From positions 7,621-71,620 of the forward strand of contig SLKR01000045.1 of assembly GCA_007134525.1 (NCBI GenBank): a stretch of 64,000 bases of DNA, in the 5' to 3' direction. The notes under the pieces are model-generated. The model saw only the letters and a program-made list of their open reading frames with translations, ran no database searches and had not been told where the DNA came from. The stretch's first letter is position 1, and each line of letters starts with the position of its first letter. Shown here in pieces: positions 48,327 to 58,125 of the stretch. This DNA is from Bacteroidales bacterium (GTDB lineage: Bacteria; Bacteroidota; Bacteroidia; Bacteroidales; UBA7960). Made by a program: the position numbers and the translations under genes.

Positions 48327-49097
48327 TTAATAACTGAAAAAAAGGCGCGAGGCATTTGCTGTGGTCACCCGGGCGACCTCTTCGGCATCCATTCCCTTAA
48401 TATCTCCTACCCTGCCTGCAATAAATTTCAAATATGAACTTTCGTTCCTTTTACCTCTTTTGGGATGGGGCGCAAGAAAGGGGGCGTCGGTCTCAAGAAC
48501 TATATGCTCCAGGCCTGTGCTCCCGACAACTTCGGGCATCTGGCTGTTGGAATAGGTCACCACTCCGCCTATCCCCAGCATGAACCCGAGATCTATGGCC
48601 TTTTCAGCCTCTTCAACCCCTCCCGGGAAACAGTGAAAGACACCTCTTAAGCCTTTATTCCGGTATTTTTCAAGCACCCCGAATATTTCACCGAGTGAAT
48701 TGCGGGAATGCAGTACCAGAGGCAGATCATACTTTATTGCCCACTGAATATGCCTTTCAAGTGATTTTATCTGCTGCTCAAGATATGCAGTATCCCAGTA
48801 AAGGTCAATCCCGGTCTCCCCCACTGCAACGAAATTCTCCTTTTCAAACCAGCCTTCTATTATTTCCAGCTCAGTATCATACGACTCCCCCACCGAGGTA
48901 GGGTGCAGGCCCATCATTGGGAGGCACAAGCCGGGGTATTCCCCGGCAACCCGGAGCATAGGGCCTGCGGTATGACTGTCAATATTGGGCATCAGCATGT
49001 GCCTGACACCCTCTTGCTTTGCCCTTGACACAACTTCCTGCCTGTCACTATCAAACTGCGAAAGATACAGATGTGTGTGCGTATCTGTAAGATTCAT
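48327..49097 (-). CDS. tatD: TatD-family metal-dependent hydrolase
   Basis: DTHTHL, GETGIDLYW, LVLHSR, FHCF and ETDAPFLAP. Confidence 0.9.
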   Translation of the reverse strand: MNLTDTHTHLYLSQFDSDRQEVVSRAKQEGVRHMLMPNIDSHTAGPMLRVAGEYPGLCLPMMGLHPTSVGESYDTELEIIEGWFEKENFVAVGETGIDLYWDTAYLEQQIKSLERHIQWAIKYDLPLVLHSRNSLGEIFGVLEKYRNKGLRGVFHCFPGGVEEAEKAIDLGFMLGIGGVVTYSNSQMPEVVGSTGLEHIVLETDAPFLAPHPKRGKRNESSYLKFIAGRVGDIKGMDAEEVARVTTANASRLFFSY

Positions 49098-49101
49098 TTT
49101 A

Positions 49102-50292
49102 CTATTTTAGCACCTTAAGTTCTTTCCCTACTTTTATGAAAGCCTCAACGCACTGGTCAAGATGGCCGGTTTCGTGGGCTGCAGAGACCTGCACCCTTAT
49201 GCGGGCCTGACCCTTGGGTACAACAGGATAATAGAACCCTATCACGTAAATACCCTCATCGAGCAACCTGGCCGCAAATTCCTGCGAAAGCGGTGCATCA
49301 TATAACATTACGGCAACTATTGCCGACTGGGTCGGTTTAAGGTCAAAGCCGGCATTCTTCATCTTGTCCATGAAGTATTCTGTATTGCGGTGAAGCTTGT
49401 CCTGTAGGTCATGTGTTTCTGACATCATATCAAACATCCTGATACCTGCATTCACAACTGATGGGGGCAGCGAGTTGGAAAAAAGATAGGGCCTGGATCG
49501 CTGGCGCAGCAATTCGATTATCTCCCTGCGTCCGGTGGTAAATCCTCCTATCGCACCCCCGAATGCCTTACCCAGGGTTCCGGTTATTATATCAACATCA
49601 CCCCTTATGTTGTAAAGCTCGGTAACTCCCCTGCCGGTTTCACCTACAACACCGGCTGAATGGCATTCGTCTACCATTACCATTGCATCATACTTCCTGG
49701 CAAGTTCAACAATTTTGTCCATTGGAGCGGCATTTCCGTCCATTGAGAAAACACCATCGGTTACAATTACACGGAACCTCTGTGCCTGCGCTTCCCGGAG
49801 CTTTGCCTCCAGGTCTTCCATATCAGCATTATTATACCTGTAACGTGCAGCCTTGCAAAGCCTTACTCCATCAATTATAGATGCATGGTTAAGGGAATCG
49901 GAAATTATTGCGTCCTCTCCTGTAAGAAGTGGTTCAAAAACACCACCGTTTGCATCGAAACATGCTGCATAAAGTATGGTGTCCTCAGTCCCGAAGAAAT
50001 CCGCAATCTTCTTTTCAAGAGCCTTGTGCAGATCCTGTGTACCGCATATGAACCTTACCGAAGACATGCCGAACCCCCTTGAGTCCATCCCCTCCTTTGC
50101 CGCTTTTATGAGTTCAGGGTGGTTGGAAAGACCCAGATAATTGTTGGCACAGAAGTTCAGTACCTCCTGACCTGACTCCACCTTTATTTTCGCATCCTGC
50201 GGAGTTACTATTATCCTCTCCTCCTTGTAAAGACCGGCCTCCCGGATCTCTTTCAGCTCCTTTTGAAGATGTTCCTTTATTTTTCCGTACAT
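49102..50292 (-). CDS. kbl: Glycine C-acetyltransferase (2-amino-3-ketobutyrate CoA ligase)
   Basis: 396 aa PLP class-II aminotransferase. Contains NNYLGL, DECHSAG and GTLGKAFGG (PLP lysine). Confidence 0.9.
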   Translation of the reverse strand: MYGKIKEHLQKELKEIREAGLYKEERIIVTPQDAKIKVESGQEVLNFCANNYLGLSNHPELIKAAKEGMDSRGFGMSSVRFICGTQDLHKALEKKIADFFGTEDTILYAACFDANGGVFEPLLTGEDAIISDSLNHASIIDGVRLCKAARYRYNNADMEDLEAKLREAQAQRFRVIVTDGVFSMDGNAAPMDKIVELARKYDAMVMVDECHSAGVVGETGRGVTELYNIRGDVDIITGTLGKAFGGAIGGFTTGRREIIELLRQRSRPYLFSNSLPPSVVNAGIRMFDMMSETHDLQDKLHRNTEYFMDKMKNAGFDLKPTQSAIVAVMLYDAPLSQEFAARLLDEGIYVIGFYYPVVPKGQARIRVQVSAAHETGHLDQCVEAFIKVGKELKVLK

Positions 50293-50472
50293 ACTGAATT
50301 AGGTTTAAATTATTATTCAATTACTATTTATCATTGACAAAGATATTGTTTTTGACAGACAGATTATCACACCTTTGCGCACCTCCCTGGTTAAATATAG
50401 AAAAACGAATTAATTTTTCTATTTTTGCCAACACTGCTTCGAACCATAACAAATAAAAACCATAATAGTATA

Positions 50473-51435
50473 ATGAAAAACATACTGGTAGTAGGATCAG
50501 CCGGACAGATCGGGTCAGAACTCACACTCGCCCTGCGTGACATTTACGGTGGCAGCAATGTAATTGCAGGGATAAGGAAAACAAAACCATCGGAACAGCT
50601 TCTGGAAACAGGCCCTTGCGAGGTAGTTGACGCCCTCGACAAACAGGGCCTTGTATCTGTGGTTGACAAGTACAAAATAGACGTCATAATAAACATGGCC
50701 GCCATTCTTTCGGGAACCGGGGAGAAAAACCCAATGCTTGCATGGGATGTAAACATGAACGGACTTATCAACATCCTCGAGCTCGCCCGTGAACGCAAAA
50801 TGAAACAGGTACTCGTACCAAGTTCAATAGCTGTATTCGGACCGGGAACCCCTGCCGAGAGAACTCCCCAGGAAACCGTACTGAAGCCGACCACTATCTA
50901 CGGTGTAACAAAGGTTGCAGGAGAACTTCTTGGCGACTACTATGTGAAAAAGTATGGTCTGGATGTAAGGGGTCTCAGGTATCCTGGAATTATAAGCCAT
51001 GAAACCCTTCCAGGAGGCGGAACAACTGACTACGCCGTAGCGATCTATTATGAGGCTGTCAGGAAAAAGAAGTATACCTGCTTTGTAAAGGAGGATACCC
51101 GTTTGCCGATGATGTATATGCCTGATTGCCTGAAGGCGACCATTGACCTTATGCAGGCCGATTTCAAAAGCCTTAACAATCACTGCGACTACAATGTCGG
51201 TGCAATGGACTTTACCGTTAAGGATATGGCGGAATCCATCAAGAAGCATATCCCTGAATTCGAAATAACATACGAACCTGATTTTCGCCAGGAGATAGCT
51301 GATTCATGGCCCAACTCGGTCGACGACTCTTCAGCCCGCAATGACTGGGGATGGACGCCGGACTATGATCTGGATGCCATGACAGAGGACATGCTCACGG
51401 CCATCAGGAAAAAACATGAAAAGGGGTTGATATAG
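50473..51435 (+). CDS. tdh: L-threonine 3-dehydrogenase, NAD-dependent epimerase/dehydratase (SDR-extended) type
   Basis: MKNILVVGSAGQIGSEL Rossmann motif and YGVTK catalytic YxxxK. Divergently paired with kbl. Confidence 0.8.
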   Translation: MKNILVVGSAGQIGSELTLALRDIYGGSNVIAGIRKTKPSEQLLETGPCEVVDALDKQGLVSVVDKYKIDVIINMAAILSGTGEKNPMLAWDVNMNGLINILELARERKMKQVLVPSSIAVFGPGTPAERTPQETVLKPTTIYGVTKVAGELLGDYYVKKYGLDVRGLRYPGIISHETLPGGGTTDYAVAIYYEAVRKKKYTCFVKEDTRLPMMYMPDCLKATIDLMQADFKSLNNHCDYNVGAMDFTVKDMAESIKKHIPEFEITYEPDFRQEIADSWPNSVDDSSARNDWGWTPDYDLDAMTEDMLTAIRKKHEKGLI

Positions 51436-52539
51436 ATGGATCAGTATGTAGTATCCGCGCGCAAGTACAGGCCGGCGACATTCGATATGGTTGTCGGACA
51501 GGCATCAATTACAAACACCCTGAAAAATGCCATAAAGACAAACCACCTGGCCCAGGCCTTTCTTTTTTGCGGGCCGAGGGGGGTTGGTAAAACTACTTGC
51601 GCCAGGATACTGGCCAAGACCATCAACTGTGAGAATATTGCCGAAAACATAGAAGCATGCGACAAATGTGAATCATGCCTCTCTTTTAACCAGTCGCATT
51701 CGTTTAATGTGCACGAACTTGATGCCGCCTCAAACAATACTGTTGACGGCATACGTGCACTTGTCGATCAGGTTCGCATACCTCCACAGCTTGGCAAGTA
51801 TAAGGTTTACATTATTGATGAGGTGCATATGCTTTCACAGCAGGCATTCAATGCCTTTCTGAAAACACTGGAAGAACCGCCTGCATATGCAAAGTTCATC
51901 CTGGCTACCACCGAGAAACACAAAATCATCCCCACCATCCTTTCGCGCTGCCAGATATTCGATTTTGCAAGGATAACTGTTGAGGATATTGCAAAGCAGC
52001 TGGCCTGGGTTGCAGAAAAGGAGTCGGTGGATGCTGACCCAATGGCACTGCATACAATAAGCCAGAAGGCTGATGGTGCATTGCGGGATGCCCTCTCTAT
52101 ATTCGACCAGATAAACAGTTTTACCGGCAACAGGATTACCTATCAGGATGTCATTGAAAACCTCAACATACTCGATCATGATTACTATTTCAGGGTAATG
52201 GACCTGATCCTGGAAGAAAAGCCTTCCGATATACTTTTGCTGTCGGATGAAATCCTGCAGAAGGGATTTGACGGGGCAGATTTCATCACCGGATTTGGTA
52301 CACATATCAGAAACCTGCTGGTATCCAAGGATCAGGCGACCCTGTCACTGATTGAGGGAAGCCATGATTTAAGAGAAAGATATAAGGTACAGGCTCAGAA
52401 GTGCCCGAAACATTTTCTGATGCAGGCCCTGGATATTAACAATAAAGCTGACATACAATACAAGGCAAGCACCAATAAGCGCCTGCTGCTGGAGCTGTCG
52501 CTGCTGCAAACCGCATCACTTGAAAAAAAAAAGCCCTGA
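51436..52539 (+). CDS. dnaX: DNA polymerase III subunit gamma/tau, zero-frame product (367 aa, clamp-loader domains I-III)
   Basis: YRPATFDMVVGQ, P-loop GPRGVGKTT, zinc module CENIAENIEACDKCESC, Walker B IIDEVHML and sensor SRCQ. It ends at TGA two codons after an A10 run. Confidence 0.95.
   Translation: MDQYVVSARKYRPATFDMVVGQASITNTLKNAIKTNHLAQAFLFCGPRGVGKTTCARILAKTINCENIAENIEACDKCESCLSFNQSHSFNVHELDAASNNTVDGIRALVDQVRIPPQLGKYKVYIIDEVHMLSQQAFNAFLKTLEEPPAYAKFILATTEKHKIIPTILSRCQIFDFARITVEDIAKQLAWVAEKESVDADPMALHTISQKADGALRDALSIFDQINSFTGNRITYQDVIENLNILDHDYYFRVMDLILEEKPSDILLLSDEILQKGFDGADFITGFGTHIRNLLVSKDQATLSLIEGSHDLRERYKVQAQKCPKHFLMQALDINNKADIQYKASTNKRLLLELSLLQTASLEKKKP
52523..52539 (+). promoter_or_regulatory. 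Candidate recoding site: A10 tract containing A-AAA-AAG in zero-frame phase, followed by CCC-TGA
   Basis: The sequence gaa-aaa-aaa-aag-ccc-tga is read directly. The -1 frame is open from 52524 onward. Confidence 0.6.
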
Positions 52540-53150
52540 CGAAAGTATCAGAGGTACCGGAACAGCTCCTTCCTCCTGAGGGATCCACCCCCTATGACAA
52601 AAAAGCTGATGCCCCTCCCTCATCCGAACCGGTAAGGCCAGCCACAAGGAGCAATACAGAAAAAAGGGCAAAAGCATTGCCGGACGGCAGTTCCATAAGC
52701 AGGATCAGCCTTAAGATAAACGGGACTAAAGAAGATAACGGTGAGAAGGTGCGGGAAGAAGAGAATGGCCTGAAAAAGGCAAAAGAGAGTTTTTCTTACG
52801 AACAACTCCTGGATGCCTGGAAAGCAATAGCCGCTTCCTACAAGCAAGAGAGCCTTGCGCTGTTCATGGCCATGACAGGAGATAAACCCAAACTCTCAGG
52901 TGAACATCTTCTGATAATACGGGTTGATAACGCTATACAGCAGGATCTTGTCAGCGAAAAAAAACCGGAAATCCTTACCGGACTGCACAAGGCCCTTAAA
53001 AATAATTATATAGATATAAAAACAGAGATAAAGGAAAAAAGAGGCCGGAAAAAGGCATACCTGCCTGCAGAAAAACTAAGGGAACTGATAAACAAAAACC
53101 CGGATATAAAAAAGCTTAAAGATGAACTTGGGCTTGATCTGGAATATTAA
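52524..53150 (+). CDS. dnaX: dnaX -1 frame continuation (proline/charge-rich linker plus tau-type C-terminal domain)
   Basis: I translated it by hand. There is no stop from 52524 to 53150. It reads KKKALTKVSEVPEQLLPPEG...FSYEQLLDAWKAIAASYKQESLALFMAM...IRVDNAIQQDLV... and looks like Bacteroidota DnaX C-termini as I remember them. Confidence 0.7.
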   Translation, partial: KKKALTKVSEVPEQLLPPEGSTPYDKKADAPPSSEPVRPATRSNTEKRAKALPDGSSISRISLKINGTKEDNGEKVREEENGLKKAKESFSYEQLLDAWKAIAASYKQESLALFMAMTGDKPKLSGEHLLIIRVDNAIQQDLVSEKKPEILTGLHKALKNNYIDIKTEIKEKRGRKKAYLPAEKLRELINKNPDIKKLKDELGLDLEY

Positions 53151-53236
53151 AACATAAAAATATTTTACTTAAATTTGTCTGGTTTATCCTGTAATTAATC
53201 CGCAAATACCTGATTCATAAACAAAAAACAAACAAA

Positions 53237-54562
53237 ATGAAAATCTTCATGAAATTCCTGATTCTATCCCTGCTGCTTGCGGCAGTTCTGTTGCCCCGCG
53301 CAATGGGCCAGAGAATAGAATTCACGGAGTACACACTCGACAATGGGTTGCATGTTATTCTCCATGCAGACAACACTACTCCCAACGTGGTTGTAAATAT
53401 CATGTACCATGTTGGTGCAAAGAATGAATTTGAAGAGCGCACCGGTTTCGCCCACTTTTTCGAGCATCTGATGTTCGAGGGTACAGAACATATCGGTCGC
53501 GGTGAATTTGCAGAAATAGTGGAAGAGGCCGGGGGATCGCTAAATGCATACACCAGTTTCGATGTAACCAACTATTTCGTTCTCCTTCCATCAAACCAGC
53601 TTGAGCTGGGGCTCTGGCTTGAATCCGAGAGGCTGCTGCATCCGGTTATAGACTCGATAGGGATTGCCACACAGAAGAACGTTGTTACCGAGGAGATGAA
53701 ACAGACCCGCGATAACCAGCCATACGGCAGGATACTCACTGAAACCATAAAGCGTGCCTATACGGTACACCCCTATCAGACTGACGTTCTCGGCAAGGAT
53801 GAACATATCCGTAACGCCACCTATGAAGACATTACCTATTTCCACGATATGTTCTATGTGCCTGACAACGCAGTACTTGTTATTACAGGTGATATTGACA
53901 TTAATGAGACCAGGGGCCTGGTTGAAAAATATTTCGGTGATATACCAAGCGGAGAACATGAACTATACAGGCCGGATGTTACAGAACCACTGCGCACGGA
54001 AGAGTTGCGCGACACTGTTTACGACAATATACAGCTTCCTGCGCTGATTCAGGCATTTCACATCCCTGCACAGGGTACAGAAGACTACTATGCGATTGAG
54101 ATGCTCGGAAGGCTTCTTTCGGGAGGGGAGAGCAGCCGCCTTAACAGAAGGCTGGTAATCGAGGAGCAGACTGCCATGGGAATCCAGGCAATGCCACTCG
54201 GCCTGGAAGATCCTGGCCTGAACATTATTATGGCCATCCCGAATATCGGCGTTGATCCTGCCGTGGTTGAGGCCAGTATTGATGAAGAGCTTGAAAGGGT
54301 AAGGGATGAGCTTATTACTGATGAAGAATTGCAGAAGCTGAGGAACCAGATTGAGAGCAGGATGGTAAACAGCAATACTACAATTGCAACAAGGGCCAGG
54401 AACCTGGCCAATTACCACCTTATATACGGTGACGCAAATCTGATAAATACCGAGATCGACAGGTACATGGATGTTACAAGTGAAGATATTAGGGAAGCAG
54501 CACGGCAATACCTTCGTGAAGACAACAGGGTGGTATTGTATTATATGCCTGCAAACCAATAG
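53237..54562 (+). CDS. M16 (pitrilysin/insulinase) family zinc peptidase, active subunit
   Basis: Signal peptide, the inverted zinc motif HFFEHLMFEG (HxxEH) and a downstream E. Confidence 0.9.
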   Translation: MKIFMKFLILSLLLAAVLLPRAMGQRIEFTEYTLDNGLHVILHADNTTPNVVVNIMYHVGAKNEFEERTGFAHFFEHLMFEGTEHIGRGEFAEIVEEAGGSLNAYTSFDVTNYFVLLPSNQLELGLWLESERLLHPVIDSIGIATQKNVVTEEMKQTRDNQPYGRILTETIKRAYTVHPYQTDVLGKDEHIRNATYEDITYFHDMFYVPDNAVLVITGDIDINETRGLVEKYFGDIPSGEHELYRPDVTEPLRTEELRDTVYDNIQLPALIQAFHIPAQGTEDYYAIEMLGRLLSGGESSRLNRRLVIEEQTAMGIQAMPLGLEDPGLNIIMAIPNIGVDPAVVEASIDEELERVRDELITDEELQKLRNQIESRMVNSNTTIATRARNLANYHLIYGDANLINTEIDRYMDVTSEDIREAARQYLREDNRVVLYYMPANQ

Positions 54563-54594
54563 TTCAGATAATAACAATAGAAAATATATAAATC

Positions 54595-56658
54595 ATGAGA
54601 AAAACAGTCATATCATTCCTGTTAATCCTGTTTGTATCTGTCAGTATAAATGCACAGATCGACAGAAGCCAGAGGCCTCAGCCGGGTCCTGCACCAGTGA
54701 TACAGCTGGGGGACTTCGACAGCTTCGAGCTGGAAAACGGTCTTAAGGTAATCGTGGTGGAGAACAGGCAGGTACCAGTAGTTTCCTTTCAACTCACACT
54801 CGACATTGACCCCGTTTTGGAGGGTGATGCCAAGGGTTATGTCAGCCTTGCAGGGTCTCTTTTACGTGAAGGCACTACAAACAGGAGCAAGCAGGAAATA
54901 GATGAAGGTATAGATTTTATCGGGGGAACAATCTCCACCTCTTCAACAGGTGTGTTCGCATCTTCCCTGACACGGCACAAGGAGACACTTCTCGATCTGA
55001 TGTCAGATATAGTACTTAACCCTTCCTTCCCTGAAGAAGAGATGGAGCGTCTTATAACGCAGACCAGGTCAGGACTTGCAACAGTAAGTACTGATGCAAG
55101 CGCAATGGCCAACAATGTATCAAGGGCAGCCGTTTACGGGCCCGACCACCCTTACGGCGAAAACACCACTACCGAAAGCCTTGACAACATCGGCATTGAA
55201 ATGATCAAACAGTATTACGAAGACCACTTCAAACCCAATGTAGCCTACCTTGTGATCGTTGGTGATATTGATGTTGATGGGGCAAGGGAGGTGGTCAACA
55301 ACTATTTTGCCGGCTGGGAACCAGGAGAGGTGCCCGCCAGGACTTACTCAACACCAGAGGCCCCGGAAGGGCGCAGGGTGGCCTTTGCTGACCGCAGCGG
55401 TGCAGTTCAGAGTGTTGTAATGGTCACACACCCTGTGGTACTGCCCCCGGGGCATGAGGATGCCATAAAGGTGAGTGTTATGAACTCCATACTTGGCGGG
55501 GGAGTTTTCTCAGGCAGGCTTATGCAGAACCTTCGCGAAGACAAGGGTTATACTTATGGAGCCAGGTCAAGCATAGGGACCGACAGGCTGGTAAGCCGCT
55601 TCACTGCCAGGACAGAGGTTCGCAATGAGGTAACCGACAGCACGGTAACCGAGATCCTCTATGAGATGCAACGGATGATACATGAACCTGTTTCAGCCCA
55701 GAACCTGGATATTACAAAGAACTTTATGACAGGCAACTTTGCCCGCTCGCTTGAAAGCCCGCGTACTATGGCCAACTTTGCACTGAACATAGAACGCTAC
55801 GACCTGCCTGAAGATTACTACGCAACCTATCTCGAACGCCTGAATGAGGTTACTGCCGAAGACGTCAGGGCAATGGCCGAAAAATACCTGAAACCTGACA
55901 ACTCCATAATAGTGGTTGCAGGAAACAAGAATGAAGTTGCTGAAACCCTCATACCCTTCAGTGAAACGGGAGAGGTTGAATTCTACGATGCATTCGGACG
56001 GCCGGCGGAGGATCCTGACATCCTTCCTGCACCTGATGGATACACTGCAGAAACAGTTATTGGGAACTACATTGATGCATTAGGCGGCAGGGACAGGCTG
56101 GAGGCCATTGAGGATATGACCCAGGAACTTACAGCCAGCACCATGGGCATGGAGTTACAGATAAAAATATATCAGAAAACCCCGCATTACTTTCTTCAGA
56201 AAATGGAAATGGGCGGAATGACCCTTTCACAACAGCTCTTTGACGGTGAAAAGGCGGTTGTAGTATCTCAGATGGGGCGCCAGCAGTTTACAGAGGGTGC
56301 AGAGTTCGACGCAATGAAATCACAGGCAGTAATGAATCTTGAAATGGAGTACCGGGATTACGATATAGAGAAGGAGCTGCTTGGCATAGAAACCATAGAT
56401 GGCCGCCGGGCATACAAGCTGGAAGTAACTTATCCGGGCGACACACAGGCCTATGATTACTATTGCACTGAAACCGGCCTGAAGATCAAGACCTTAAATC
56501 CGCAGGGAAGTACAACATACTCGGATTACCGCGAGGTAGAGGGCATACTGGTTGCACATATGCTCAATATAGAAGCCGGGCCGCAGGTTCTGGAGATGAG
56601 ACTTGACAACCTGGAGATAAACAGCGGAATTGATCAGGGCTTCTTTGTAATTGAATAA
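54595..56658 (+). CDS. M16 family peptidase-like protein lacking HxxEH, with an extra ~230 aa C-terminal LolA-fold-like domain
   Basis: Signal peptide and M16 N/C domains without a zinc motif. The C-terminal TVIGNYIDALGGRDRLEAI...IDGRRAYKLEV...DYREVEGILVA resembles a lipoprotein-sorting fold. Confidence 0.75.
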   Translation: MRKTVISFLLILFVSVSINAQIDRSQRPQPGPAPVIQLGDFDSFELENGLKVIVVENRQVPVVSFQLTLDIDPVLEGDAKGYVSLAGSLLREGTTNRSKQEIDEGIDFIGGTISTSSTGVFASSLTRHKETLLDLMSDIVLNPSFPEEEMERLITQTRSGLATVSTDASAMANNVSRAAVYGPDHPYGENTTTESLDNIGIEMIKQYYEDHFKPNVAYLVIVGDIDVDGAREVVNNYFAGWEPGEVPARTYSTPEAPEGRRVAFADRSGAVQSVVMVTHPVVLPPGHEDAIKVSVMNSILGGGVFSGRLMQNLREDKGYTYGARSSIGTDRLVSRFTARTEVRNEVTDSTVTEILYEMQRMIHEPVSAQNLDITKNFMTGNFARSLESPRTMANFALNIERYDLPEDYYATYLERLNEVTAEDVRAMAEKYLKPDNSIIVVAGNKNEVAETLIPFSETGEVEFYDAFGRPAEDPDILPAPDGYTAETVIGNYIDALGGRDRLEAIEDMTQELTASTMGMELQIKIYQKTPHYFLQKMEMGGMTLSQQLFDGEKAVVVSQMGRQQFTEGAEFDAMKSQAVMNLEMEYRDYDIEKELLGIETIDGRRAYKLEVTYPGDTQAYDYYCTETGLKIKTLNPQGSTTYSDYREVEGILVAHMLNIEAGPQVLEMRLDNLEINSGIDQGFFVIE

Positions 56659-56680
56659 TTGCCATTTTTGAATGAATAAA

Positions 56681-56711
56681 AGCGGCTTCCTGTTTAAGGG
56701 GCCGCTTTTTT
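56681..56711 (+). terminator. Rho-independent terminator after the M16 pair
   Basis: AGCGGC...GCCGCT hairpin followed by TTTTTTG. Confidence 0.7.
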
Positions 56712-56790
56712 GTTTTTCTTATCTTTGAGAGAGTTACGTATTTAAACTGTAACACATTATCTTTACTTATTGCGGATCAATTTCCAGGCC

Positions 56791-58125
56791 ATGAAAAAAA
56801 GGATACAGAAACTCATAAAAACCATAGAGAATGCAACCCACTTTATCAGGGTTGAAATATGGCGTATGCCGCTGAGAGATCTTTCGCCAAGAAAAACATT
56901 CCTGATAAAGCAGCTCAGAATACTTGTACTTGCATTCAGGGGGTTCCGGGAAGACAAGGTACTGCTTCGTGCCCCGGCCCTTACCTTCTATTCGGTATTG
57001 AGTATTGTGCCCGTGGTTGCCCTTGCTTTCGGCATTTCAAAAGGCTTCGGCCTGGAGGGCTATGTTGAACGGCAGCTTGAATCGGCACTTGCCGGAAGGG
57101 AGGAGGTCTTCAGCTGGGTGATGGAAATCACCGACACATTCTTCCGGCAGACCCACGGCGGAACTGTTGCTGCAGCCGGTCTTGCAATATTGCTGTATAC
57201 AATAACAATGCTCCTTGTCAATATCGAAGACTCCTTTAATGATATCTGGCAGGTAAGGAAGTCAAGGTCATGGGCAAGAAAGTTCAGTGACTATTTCGCC
57301 ATGATGTTCATTGCCCCTATTTTCTTTATACTGGCCAATGCAATAACCGTTTTTCTCAACACCCAGCTCCAGCAGATAGGTGATACAATACTTAGCCCTG
57401 TATTTCTTCTAATAGCAAGGGCTACGCCATATGTGCTGATATGGGTGATGTTTACACTTTTGTATATGGTAATGCCGAACACGAAGGTAAAGCTCTCCTC
57501 AGCTCTGATAGCCGGGATATTTGCTGGGACGCTTTTCCAGCTGGTTCAATGGGCCTATATTGCCTTTCAGATAGGTGCAGCACGATACGGTGCAATTTAC
57601 GGGTCATTCGCTGCACTGCCACTGTTACTTCTTTGGATGCAGGTAAGCTGGATAGTTGTACTTTTTGGGGCAGAGCTCTCATTTGCCAACCAGCATGTTG
57701 ATAATTACGAGTTTGAGTCTGAAACCAAAAACATAAGCCCGTTCAACAAAAAGATACTTACCCTTTATGTGATGCATATGCTGGTGCACAACTTCCGAAA
57801 CGGGGAAAAGCCTGCAGCCGCAGATACTATATCAGGCAAACTGCAGATGCCCAACAGCCTTGTCAGGAATATACTCAATGAGCTTCACACTGTAAACCTG
57901 GTAATTGAAACGGATAATTCACAGTCAAAAGACAGGGCATACCAGCCGGCGACAGATATCAACCAAATTAGCATCAAGACCGTTCTGGAACACCTTGAGA
58001 AAAAAGGTATGGACACTATGATAGCAAAAGCCGGCCCTGCACTTGAATCCATTAAAACCTCAATGTCGAGTTTTTCAAAACTGATAGAGGGGTCAGACGA
58101 TAACAGGCTACTGAAGGATATTTAG
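56791..58125 (+). CDS. YihY/BrkB (virulence factor BrkB) family membrane protein with C-terminal soluble extension
   Basis: LTFYSVLSIVP plus 6 TM helices of the YihY family. The extra ~150 aa C-terminal region looks like a winged helix. The start is set at MKKRIQKL. Confidence 0.8.
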   Translation: MKKRIQKLIKTIENATHFIRVEIWRMPLRDLSPRKTFLIKQLRILVLAFRGFREDKVLLRAPALTFYSVLSIVPVVALAFGISKGFGLEGYVERQLESALAGREEVFSWVMEITDTFFRQTHGGTVAAAGLAILLYTITMLLVNIEDSFNDIWQVRKSRSWARKFSDYFAMMFIAPIFFILANAITVFLNTQLQQIGDTILSPVFLLIARATPYVLIWVMFTLLYMVMPNTKVKLSSALIAGIFAGTLFQLVQWAYIAFQIGAARYGAIYGSFAALPLLLLWMQVSWIVVLFGAELSFANQHVDNYEFESETKNISPFNKKILTLYVMHMLVHNFRNGEKPAAADTISGKLQMPNSLVRNILNELHTVNLVIETDNSQSKDRAYQPATDINQISIKTVLEHLEKKGMDTMIAKAGPALESIKTSMSSFSKLIEGSDDNRLLKDI

